Position numbers and translations under genes: made by a program. From contig JBBTST010000001.1 of the NCBI GenBank assembly GCA_038064575.1, forward strand, positions 35,650-99,649: a stretch of 64,000 nucleotides of DNA, in the 5' to 3' direction. A model generated the notes under the pieces. The model did not search any database. It was not told the DNA's origin and was given only the letters and a program-made list of their open reading frames with translations. Below, in pieces: positions 16,634-25,076 of the stretch. Position 1 is the first letter of the stretch; every line of letters starts with the position of its first letter. This DNA is from Patescibacteria group bacterium (GTDB lineage Bacteria > Patescibacteriota > WWE3 > UBA101185 > 2-01-FULL-41-18).

Positions 16634-17872
16634 ATGAACAAAATTAAGACTATTATAAGAATATTTGTACTTTTGGCTTTCCTGTTTGGACAGGAAGCGG
16701 CCTTAGGATCACCGTGGTGGGACTTTCAATCTATAGATACTATGAAGTATTCAAGAGATCTTGCCAGAGAAAAAAAAGATAGTAAAGAGTTTGAGGAATC
16801 ACTAGCACTTCAAATTAAGGACATAACAGCAACAGGCGCAACTCACGTAGCTATAGCAACTCCTTATGATGAGGAATTTATTCCGTTCTTAAAGATGTGG
16901 GTTAAGGCTGCCAGGGAGAATGAGTTAAAGATCTGGTTCAGGGGCAATTTTTCCGGTTGGGAGGGTTGGTTTGACTACCCAAAAATATCAAGGGAGGAGC
17001 ACATTGAAAAAACCAAAAACTTCCTTAATAAAAATAAAGACTTATTTGAAGATGGAGATGTTTTTTCCGCTTGCCCCGAATGTGAAAATGGTGGCCCTGG
17101 GGACCCCAGAAGCAATGGTGATATAGAAGGACACAGAAAATTTTTGATAGAGGAATATAATATAACCTCAAAGTTCTTTCTTAATTCCAGAATAAAAGTC
17201 AAAACTACATATAACTCAATGAACGGAGATGTAGCAAGACTTATTATGAATCCTGAAACAACGCAAGCGCTAGGAGGAGTAGTTGTAGTTGATCATTATG
17301 TAAAAAACCCTGAACAGTTAGCAAAAGATGTTAAAGAGCTTGCAACTATCACTAAAGGCAAAGTAGTTTTAGGGGAATTTGGGGCTCCAATACCTGATAT
17401 CCATGATTGGAGTGATGATGTAAGACAAGCCCGATGGCTTTCAGATACTCTCTCAAAACTTTCTACAATTCCAGAATTGGAGGGTCTTAGCTACTGGACT
17501 AATTTAGATGGGTCCACCCAAATCTGGAATAAACCGGGAAACCCAAGGAAAGCCGCTTTGACTCTTGAATCTTATTACAAACCTATGGAATACAAAGTGA
17601 GGTTTATTAATGAACTTGATGAACCAATTATGGGAGTTTTAATACAAAGCCAAAGAAAACAGTCCGTATCAAATTCAAAAGGAGAAACGGGAATTGCTTT
17701 TCTGGAATCGGACACAAAAGCCCATGCCCTTTCGGGAGAATACATTAGAAAAGAGTTGGACCTTAAGAAAAACACGGAGCAAGAAACGATTGTACTTAAA
17801 AAAAAGAACGAGGATTTAATTTTTATGTTCAAAAAGTTCTTCAAAAAATTTTGGGGTAACTTAAGCGAGTAA
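16634..17872 (+). CDS. secreted clan GH-A (GH5/GH113-like) glycoside hydrolase candidate
   Basis: Signal peptide 'MNKIKTIIRIFVLLAFLFGQEAALG'. 'VLGEFGAP' is a nucleophile-type GEFG motif and 'CPECENGG' a candidate acid/base NE(x)G motif. The start was set at the ATG after the TTG. Confidence 0.45.
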   Translation: MNKIKTIIRIFVLLAFLFGQEAALGSPWWDFQSIDTMKYSRDLAREKKDSKEFEESLALQIKDITATGATHVAIATPYDEEFIPFLKMWVKAARENELKIWFRGNFSGWEGWFDYPKISREEHIEKTKNFLNKNKDLFEDGDVFSACPECENGGPGDPRSNGDIEGHRKFLIEEYNITSKFFLNSRIKVKTTYNSMNGDVARLIMNPETTQALGGVVVVDHYVKNPEQLAKDVKELATITKGKVVLGEFGAPIPDIHDWSDDVRQARWLSDTLSKLSTIPELEGLSYWTNLDGSTQIWNKPGNPRKAALTLESYYKPMEYKVRFINELDEPIMGVLIQSQRKQSVSNSKGETGIAFLESDTKAHALSGEYIRKELDLKKNTEQETIVLKKKNEDLIFMFKKFFKKFWGNLSE

Positions 17873-17961
17873 GTTTCTATCTAAATAAAGTTGGTTTGCA
17901 CATGCCTATAATTGATGGTACATTACTATAAGATAATTGTTTCCTGCTCAACTCATATATT

Positions 17962-18630
17962 ATGGAAAAAAGCAGGATTTTTTTGTCACTTGCTATAACT
18001 TTATACATAGCTTTCAACTCTCAACTAGTAGGGCTTAATGCTTATGCCTCAGAAAATAACTCGGAAAACACCTCTATAACTAAACCTAATTTCCCGTCAT
18101 GTGAAGATCCGGAAGGCCAGCTTAAGGCTTCTTATCCCAATGGAACACATGGGGTTCCCGGGGATACAACCACATACACAGGAAGAGACACAGTTTACAC
18201 CCTTTCTGACAACACTCTCATTCAATGTCTTTGTACCGACCAAGGAAAAGGAATCCAAACTAATTGGTGGAAAGTATCAAGCCTGACTGAAAATGAAATC
18301 AATCAGCTAAAAGCGGAAGGTTGGATTTTTGTCCCAAACGGTTCTGCTTGGGGCTTGGAAGAAACTACTTATATGGCTAAAAATGAAAGCTTTTCTTGCG
18401 GTGATCGGGAAGGAGATGATGAGGACAATGATGAAGACAAAAGCTCGCAAGATAAAAATGACAAATATGATAACTCTGACCAGGGTCAAATCCTTGCAAC
18501 AGCTACCAAAGGAATTGGAGGGATATTAGGGCTTGCCGCCACAGGAAATGCTTCTGTTATTTACCTATTCATAACAGTCGGAGCATTAGCGCTTGTACTT
18601 TCAATTCTTCTAAATAGAAAAGATTCTTAG
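17962..18630 (+). CDS. sortase-substrate surface protein with C-terminal LAATG sorting signal
   Basis: A signal peptide and a Cys-containing domain are followed by an acidic D/E/N-rich linker. The C-terminus is 'LAATGNAS' + a hydrophobic span + 'NRKDS'. Confidence 0.6.
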   Translation: MEKSRIFLSLAITLYIAFNSQLVGLNAYASENNSENTSITKPNFPSCEDPEGQLKASYPNGTHGVPGDTTTYTGRDTVYTLSDNTLIQCLCTDQGKGIQTNWWKVSSLTENEINQLKAEGWIFVPNGSAWGLEETTYMAKNESFSCGDREGDDEDNDEDKSSQDKNDKYDNSDQGQILATATKGIGGILGLAATGNASVIYLFITVGALALVLSILLNRKDS

Positions 18631-18642
18631 AGGTGAAAATCT

Positions 18643-19203
18643 ATGAAAAAAGTATTCTCCAATATTTTCCTAGTAATAGCAGTCATTTGTTTTTTATCAG
18701 CCACCTTTCTCATCTACAAAAAATATCAAAATAAAAACGTGTATGTAGATCAAAAAACTGTTCAAGAGCTGTATTCAGGGCAAGCAATTTATAAAAAACC
18801 GGTTTTTATTAAAATTAGAACACTTGATATAAGCCTTCCCATCATTGAATCTTCAATTAAGAAAGGGGTTTGGGAAACAAATGACAAAGGCGTTTCTTAC
18901 TTACTCAATTCGCCCCTACCCGGAGAATCAGGAAATAGCATACTATACGGACACAACTTTCCGGGCCTTTTGGGAAAGCTTAAAAATATTCAAAGAGACA
19001 ATGAAATTGAAATTTTATTTAATAACGGAGAGGTAAAAAGATTTGTGGTTAAGGCTACCAGTACCACAGGATCAAAAAGTTTACACATACTAAAACAAAC
19101 CCAGGACACAAGAATTACTATTTACACTTGTACAGGCTTTATGGATTCTAAAAGGTTTGTAGTAACAGCAGTTCCTAAAAAAGACACTCAAGTTTTGAAT
19201 TGA
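18643..19203 (+). CDS. sortase (class E-like)
   Basis: N-terminal TM anchor, catalytic His in 'LYGHNFPG', 'ITIYTCTG' (TLxTC) and a downstream Arg ('KRFVVTAV'). GAGGTGA RBS at 18628-18634. Confidence 0.8.
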   Translation: MKKVFSNIFLVIAVICFLSATFLIYKKYQNKNVYVDQKTVQELYSGQAIYKKPVFIKIRTLDISLPIIESSIKKGVWETNDKGVSYLLNSPLPGESGNSILYGHNFPGLLGKLKNIQRDNEIEILFNNGEVKRFVVKATSTTGSKSLHILKQTQDTRITIYTCTGFMDSKRFVVTAVPKKDTQVLN

Positions 19204-19247
19204 ACTTCCTTGTATTAACTTAAAATCTAACTTAGTATTTTCTTAAC

Positions 19248-19742
19248 ATGTTTAAAACTGCCAATCAATACGGATTTACTCTGGTAGAGCTTCTCACTGT
19301 CATGGGCATGTTGGTTATGCTTGCAACCATAATTCTTGTACTTATAAATCCTTCAAAAATGTTGGAACAAGCAAGAACTGCAGCAGCTTATGAGTCGCTA
19401 GCTGCAATTGCAAAGGCTGCTCACACATTCTCAAATGAAAACGGATACTTTCCCTCTGATGTGAATAGAAATCTCCCACAAGAGTTTATTGAGTATCTAT
19501 CACCAGGGGCATGGCCAAATGGGCCTTTTCCGGGCTCAGTTTACGATTGGGACAACTGGGAAACCCAGACCTGCTGGGATGGCTCTACAGGCATAATTCA
19601 GGTCACCTTGAGGCAAATTAACGGCTACCAGGGCAAAAACAACTACACAATCTACTATGTGATACAGGGTATAGGAGTGCCCCACTGCAGTACCACTACC
19701 GTAAAAGGAAAATGTATCAACTGTGATAGTAGATACCCCTAA
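19248..19742 (+). CDS. type IV pilin-like protein (prepilin N-terminal methylation domain)
   Basis: 'QYGFTLVELLTVMGMLVMLATIIL' is a class III signal (G|FTLVE) followed by a hydrophobic helix. The C-terminal Cys pair matches the pilin D-region. Confidence 0.8.
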   Translation: MFKTANQYGFTLVELLTVMGMLVMLATIILVLINPSKMLEQARTAAAYESLAAIAKAAHTFSNENGYFPSDVNRNLPQEFIEYLSPGAWPNGPFPGSVYDWDNWETQTCWDGSTGIIQVTLRQINGYQGKNNYTIYYVIQGIGVPHCSTTTVKGKCINCDSRYP

Positions 19743-19747
19743 ACCCT

Positions 19748-21475
19748 TCATCCAAAAGTAAAAGCAAAAATCAATGTGTTTTGATCCAGAAACTCCAATT
19801 CCAGAGTGTGTTCCCCGGGTTCACCAAGATTAATTAGAGTATAAAGTCTGTTTTCAGAAACAGAAACTAAACCATTTGACACATCATCTCCTGAATTCTG
19901 ATTAGTAACCAAAACGCCATCAAGATAAACTTTAACCTCTCCTACCACCCCTTCAGCCTTTGGCTTCATCACAAGATACACATTCTTTGAATTAAAGTTT
20001 AATCTAAGACCCCCTTTTGCCGAATTTGAGTATTCAGCTTTAACCACATAACTTCCCTTAAAGGCAACAGTGTTCTTCTTTTGAGTTAACGGGTAGGTAT
20101 AATTCTTTTCAATATTTTGCTCTATTTTCTCAGGAGAAGAAAAGTATTCTATTCTTTTAAAACCTAAATAAAGCTCAGGCGTATCAGCATACACTTGATA
20201 TTCTTCATTCCTAACTGGCATATCAACAACACTTGGGTTTATCTCCCTCAATAGTTTTTGTATAAGCTTCTCAGAAACGTCATACTCGCCTTCACCAAAA
20301 TGAGTTCCTCTGATTTTTCCCTCCTTATCAATAAAGTATTTGGCTGGCCAGTACCTATTGTTATATGCTCGCCATGTTGCAAAATTGTTGTCCTGAACAA
20401 CAGGATAAGTAATACCAAAGTCAGAAACTGCCTTTTTTAGATTTGCCACGTTTTTTTCAAATTCAAATTCCGGAGAATGAACTCCAATAATAACAAGCCC
20501 TTTATCCTTATACTTTGAATGCCATTCTTTTAAGTACGGCAGCGTCCTAATACAATTTATACAGGAATAAGTCCAAAAATCTATGAGCACAACTTTACCT
20601 CTCAACTCAGAGAGCTTTAGCTCTTGAGAGTTTAACCAAACACCTCCGGGAATAATTTCCGGAGCCTGAAAATACTTTTCTTTTACTACTGTATCCAAAG
20701 ACTTACCTAAATTGTTTGAATTTGGATTACCTTTAAGTTTGCCCAAAGCTTCATTGACTAACTTGTTCTCTTCAAATTTTGTTAATCCAACACCATAATT
20801 TGGAAACTTTTCCAATATGAAAGCCTGAAATTTCCTATCCTGATTGGTTAGTATTGCAATTCCGGTAACAATCATCAAAACTCCAAAAGTTTTTTGAATA
20901 TTTACAGTGTTTTTAAGAAGCCACTGATTCCTATTCAAAAGTTCTTTTCCTCCATAAGTAATTGCAAACATTGGAATAGCAGTACCAAAGGAATATGAAA
21001 GGGTAATTAAGATTGTGGATCCGTTTACCAAGCCCGTCAGAGCAAGAGATATAACTGAAGCAAGAATAGGCCCTACACAAGGTGTCCATATAAGCCCAAG
21101 ACTTACCCCCACCAAAAACCCTCCCATAAGACCGGAATTTGTATTTGACCTTGGAAGAAAAGCTGACAAGCGGGAAAAAATAAGTTCTATCAAAACCTGA
21201 GCTTTTGGGATCAAAAGACTTAATCCAAAACCTATTATCACAACTACAGACACCAGTCTAAGCGCTTCAGCAGGAATATTTGTAGCCCTAATTATTGAGG
21301 AGAGAGTCAGCGTAAAAAAAGTAAAGCTTGAAATAAACCCTAAGACTATCCCTATTGGCCTTCTTTTTCCACCGGCAACAGACCCTGATAAAACCACAGG
21401 CAGTATTGGTAAAATACAGGGAGATAATATAGTTACAAATCCGGCAATAAAAGCAAACAGTATTAAAAGAATCAT
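19748..21475 (-). CDS. CcdA/DsbD-type thiol-disulfide transporter fused to TlpA/ResA-like thioredoxin domain
   Basis: The N-terminal TM domain has 'ILSPCILPILP' and 'LIWTPCVGPILA' (the two conserved Cys of the DsbD/CcdA core). A thioredoxin fold with 'FWTYSCINC' follows, then an extra C-terminal ~150-aa domain. Confidence 0.8.
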   Translation of the reverse strand: MILLILFAFIAGFVTILSPCILPILPVVLSGSVAGGKRRPIGIVLGFISSFTFFTLTLSSIIRATNIPAEALRLVSVVVIIGFGLSLLIPKAQVLIELIFSRLSAFLPRSNTNSGLMGGFLVGVSLGLIWTPCVGPILASVISLALTGLVNGSTILITLSYSFGTAIPMFAITYGGKELLNRNQWLLKNTVNIQKTFGVLMIVTGIAILTNQDRKFQAFILEKFPNYGVGLTKFEENKLVNEALGKLKGNPNSNNLGKSLDTVVKEKYFQAPEIIPGGVWLNSQELKLSELRGKVVLIDFWTYSCINCIRTLPYLKEWHSKYKDKGLVIIGVHSPEFEFEKNVANLKKAVSDFGITYPVVQDNNFATWRAYNNRYWPAKYFIDKEGKIRGTHFGEGEYDVSEKLIQKLLREINPSVVDMPVRNEEYQVYADTPELYLGFKRIEYFSSPEKIEQNIEKNYTYPLTQKKNTVAFKGSYVVKAEYSNSAKGGLRLNFNSKNVYLVMKPKAEGVVGEVKVYLDGVLVTNQNSGDDVSNGLVSVSENRLYTLINLGEPGEHTLELEFLDQNTLIFAFTFG

Positions 21476-21491
21476 CTTACCCTAAACCATT

Positions 21492-21950
21492 CTACCTAGT
21501 ATTTTCAGTAAGCTCCTTAATTCCTCCGCCATTCCATTTTTTTATTTCTTTCCCACCCTCATCAACATAAACAAAAGTATGCTGATAAGTTATTGCATAT
21601 TTAGCTTTAAGATCTGTCTCAGAATCATAATCGATCTTCAAAAGAACCACGTCCTGCGGAATCAAAGAGGCCTTTTCCATAAATTCCGAGTTTGCAGTTT
21701 TACAGGACGGACACCATTTTGCATGAAAGAAGTAAACTCTTTTAAATCCCTTTGCCGTATCTAGATTTTCTCTGGAATAATCAATATATCTTCCATTTTT
21801 TACTGAAGTTGCTTGATTATTTTCTAGTGGAGGCTGCTGTTTTAAGCTACTGGTACCTAAATTACCTGCATTTTGGTAGCTTAAAAAAACAAAAAATCCA
21901 ACAAATACCAAACCTAACACACCAAGTGGCAAAAAAATTTTGTTATTCAT
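21492..21950 (-). CDS. membrane-anchored thioredoxin-like protein
   Basis: 'HAKWCPSCK' is a CxxC active site after an N-terminal TM. The start was placed at the internal Met (MNNKIFLPLGVLGL), since the longer ORF begins at 22013. Confidence 0.65.
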   Translation of the reverse strand: MNNKIFLPLGVLGLVFVGFFVFLSYQNAGNLGTSSLKQQPPLENNQATSVKNGRYIDYSRENLDTAKGFKRVYFFHAKWCPSCKTANSEFMEKASLIPQDVVLLKIDYDSETDLKAKYAITYQHTFVYVDEGGKEIKKWNGGGIKELTENTR

Positions 21951-22016
21951 TCTCAAAAATCTTATAGATAGGTACTTATATATAATATAAGCATGGCTAG
22001 GCCACCTTGGCAACTA

Positions 22017-24146
22017 TTAAAGTTTAATTACAGAAAGAATATTACTAAAATTATCTGTAAACAAACTGCTATCTTTTATCACTTTTCTCCCTTGCGCTTT
22101 TTTAATTTCAGCACTTGAAATAAAATCTTCATCTTTGGTAAGCAATACCCAAGATCCAGAAGTGTGAGGAATATGTGGCAAACCTTCAATACCAGTTTCT
22201 ACCTTACTTTCAAGGTAAACAAATTTAAAGTCTATAAACTCCGCTACTTTTTTGAGGGCTGGAGAAAGATCTAAATGTCTATTTGATATATGAGCAACAA
22301 TTATCCCGTTACTTCCCAAATGTTTTTTATAAATAGTGAATGCTTCAGAGGTCAAAAGATGCATTGGAATAGCATCGTCATTAAAAGCATCCAAAACTAA
22401 AATATCAAAGTTTTCCTCTCCCAATACAAGCTCCTCTTCAAGGCTTTTTCTACCATCTCCCATTTTGATCTCAACTTTGGAATTACCAGCTTCACAATCT
22501 TTAATAAATGAAAAGTATTTATTAGAAACGTATTCCATCACAGGGTTTATTTCATAAAATTTTAAGAAATCGCCATTTTGACAAAACCTTGCTATACTCC
22601 CGGCTCCTAAACCTAATACGCCAATTCTTAGAGGTTTGCCTTTCAATCTTTTAGAGTGATACTTAGAAGCTAAACCTATCCCACTTGTATCGGTGTAATA
22701 ATAAATTGCATTCTTCTTATAGTTTTGGTCCTCAATTTGTATCCCGTGTAAAGTAGCTCCGTGAACAACAGCTATAGCATGCAAATTTTTGTTAATTACT
22801 CTTTTTTCTACTCTTGTTACGCCATAAAAGTTTCTCTTAACAAATAAAAGTCCTGAAAAAACATCTCTTTTAATTCTGTAAGGAAGTATCAGAAAGACAG
22901 CCGCAATGGGATATAAAAGAAGGATTGCGAATCTTCTATGATTTGCAAAGGCCTTTCTTAACCAAGAGTTTTCATCTCTCAGTATATATAGCATATATAG
23001 ATAAATCACAACAATTGCTATTGGAAATTCCCACAAACCTCTAAAGAGCAATGGGGCCACAACACTTGCAAACAAAGAGCCTAAAAAACTGCCAAAAGAA
23101 ATATACAGATAAAAAGCACCAACTTGAGAATTATCTCTAGGTCTTTTTTCAAAAAGCTTAATATGAAGAACCATTAAAGATGACAGCAGAAGTAAACCTA
23201 TAACTACTGTTTTAACTACTATATTTATACCAATTATCAAAAAATAAAAAGCTGCGGTTACATAAAGTATTTTTGTAAAAGCAGTCAAATAAATAAGGCT
23301 TTCTTTCCTGAAAGCAAAAGCAAAAGAAATAAGGTAAAGAGCAAGCGGAAAAAGCCACAAAAGAGGGAACGGTGCAATTTCAAGAGTTAAAACACTGGTA
23401 GTTGATAGAAGCATAAGTGAGGATAAAAAGGATATAGCCACCCATTTAAACTTCTGGTGCCCCTCCTCTTTTTTCACCCCATCCTGTTCAAACTCAAAAG
23501 ATTGATGCATAAAATCTTCATTTTTATTCTTGAACTCAATACCAAGCAGAAATAACATGAGTAAAACAAAAAAAACTAACAAAACACCCCATATATTAAT
23601 CTGGGAATTAAGGGTAACGAATGGTTCGATTAAAAAAGGGTAAGCAAGGATAGCTGCAAAAGAGCCAAAATTGGAGACACCATAAATCCAATAAAAATCC
23701 CTTTTTTTAAACTTATATAAATTTTGTAAAAATACGGACGTAGTTGACAGTAGAAAGAAAGGAATACCCACCCCAATAAGCAGGTATCTAACCATCTCAA
23801 AGACTTGTAAAATAAAGCTTTCATTTGTTGAAATGTCAGAGGGTCTTAACACCCCAGTCAGAGGAAAATAGGTTGAGAAGAAAGTTAAATAAAAAACACC
23901 AAGAATTAAACCAATGTGTACTATTTTTTGCTTATTTAAATTTATTTTTCCTAACATGAAAGAATAAAAGTAACCAATAAGTAAGATGGACTGGAAAAAA
24001 AGCATTGAAGTTGTCCAAACATGGTTACTACCTCCAAAACTTGGCAGTAACAGTTTATTAACTGCAGGTTCAATAAAAAATAATAAAAACGCACTTAAGA
24101 AAGCTATTAGTCCATAAAGAATGCTTATAAAATCAAGCCTCATCAA
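22017..24146 (-). CDS. polytopic membrane protein fused to spermidine/spermine-synthase-like domain
   Basis: More than 10 N-terminal TM segments. The C-terminal domain has 'RIGVLGLGAGSIARF' and 'ILVLDAFNDDAIPMHLLTSEAF'. Confidence 0.7.
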   Translation of the reverse strand: MMRLDFISILYGLIAFLSAFLLFFIEPAVNKLLLPSFGGSNHVWTTSMLFFQSILLIGYFYSFMLGKINLNKQKIVHIGLILGVFYLTFFSTYFPLTGVLRPSDISTNESFILQVFEMVRYLLIGVGIPFFLLSTTSVFLQNLYKFKKRDFYWIYGVSNFGSFAAILAYPFLIEPFVTLNSQINIWGVLLVFFVLLMLFLLGIEFKNKNEDFMHQSFEFEQDGVKKEEGHQKFKWVAISFLSSLMLLSTTSVLTLEIAPFPLLWLFPLALYLISFAFAFRKESLIYLTAFTKILYVTAAFYFLIIGINIVVKTVVIGLLLLSSLMVLHIKLFEKRPRDNSQVGAFYLYISFGSFLGSLFASVVAPLLFRGLWEFPIAIVVIYLYMLYILRDENSWLRKAFANHRRFAILLLYPIAAVFLILPYRIKRDVFSGLLFVKRNFYGVTRVEKRVINKNLHAIAVVHGATLHGIQIEDQNYKKNAIYYYTDTSGIGLASKYHSKRLKGKPLRIGVLGLGAGSIARFCQNGDFLKFYEINPVMEYVSNKYFSFIKDCEAGNSKVEIKMGDGRKSLEEELVLGEENFDILVLDAFNDDAIPMHLLTSEAFTIYKKHLGSNGIIVAHISNRHLDLSPALKKVAEFIDFKFVYLESKVETGIEGLPHIPHTSGSWVLLTKDEDFISSAEIKKAQGRKVIKDSSLFTDNFSNILSVIKL

Positions 24147-24229
24147 GTGGAAAGTCTAGCATATTTTTTATAAAAATAAGCTTCTACATTATTGAGAACG
24201 AGTAATCTAAAAGTTGAGGAAACAGGAAA

Positions 24230-24988
24230 TTAATTTTTGTAAGCTTTAATATAACCCGTTTCTCCCCATGATATAGTAAAAAGGTTACGTTTGACATTGG
24301 TGATAAAACCTTCTGCCTGTAACTTTGCTACAAGTTTGGGAAAGCCAATCCCAATTTCTTTATTTGTATGATATTCAAGATAAATTTTCTCAACCTTTTT
24401 GAACACGCTGCTGGGGGAATTTAGAATGATATCGTATTCTGATCCCTCAACATCAATTTTTAGAAAATCAACTTTATGAAGATTGTTTTCTTTCAAAACG
24501 TTTTCAAGAGAAATCTTTGGCACTGTTATTTCTTTTTCAACAAATTTTGTTTTAAATGAAGAATTAAAGACAGGGCTCATTTCATTTACATAAAGATTCA
24601 GAAACCCATCACTGGAGGTTACAGCTTTATTAAAAGCAGAAACATTATGCAACTTGTTCAAGGACAGATTTTTTTGAAGTTGATCAAAACTTGGTTTAAA
24701 AGGTTCGTACACGAATACATGACCTAGTAGACATTGTTGAGCTGCCCACACTGCAAAAGAGCCTATGTTCCCACCTATATCAACTACTATATCTTTTGAT
24801 TTAATTTTAAGTTCCTTGTCATAATAGGCTTTTAACTTGAATGCTTCCCACACTGTAACTTTGTCTGAAGTATTTTGTCTTACTTCAAATTTAGAAAGTC
24901 CATCCGGTGAATATATTGAAGTTTTTCCCCTCTCAAAAAGATAAGGAAATTTATTTAAAAAAGTGTCTAATTTTGGATTAAGTATCAT
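24230..24988 (-). CDS. FkbM-family SAM-dependent methyltransferase
   Basis: 'VVDIGGNIGSFAVWAAQQ' is a G-rich SAM motif and the layout is FkbM-like. The start was trimmed to the internal Met to remove overlap with the divergent gene. Confidence 0.65.
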   Translation of the reverse strand: MILNPKLDTFLNKFPYLFERGKTSIYSPDGLSKFEVRQNTSDKVTVWEAFKLKAYYDKELKIKSKDIVVDIGGNIGSFAVWAAQQCLLGHVFVYEPFKPSFDQLQKNLSLNKLHNVSAFNKAVTSSDGFLNLYVNEMSPVFNSSFKTKFVEKEITVPKISLENVLKENNLHKVDFLKIDVEGSEYDIILNSPSSVFKKVEKIYLEYHTNKEIGIGFPKLVAKLQAEGFITNVKRNLFTISWGETGYIKAYKN

Positions 24989-25042
24989 TTGTTGGTGAAC
25001 GTTTTTGAATGGTTGCGAGCACGCGACGTTTCTGAAATGCAG

Positions 25043-25048
25043 TATAAT
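25043..25048 (+). promoter_or_regulatory. candidate -10 box (TATAAT) for the DKNYY gene
   Basis: Perfect TATAAT about 29 nt upstream of ATG 25077, in the divergent intergenic region. No good -35 was found. Confidence 0.25.
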
Positions 25049-25076
25049 AAAATTACAACGAATTTTCAATTCATTT

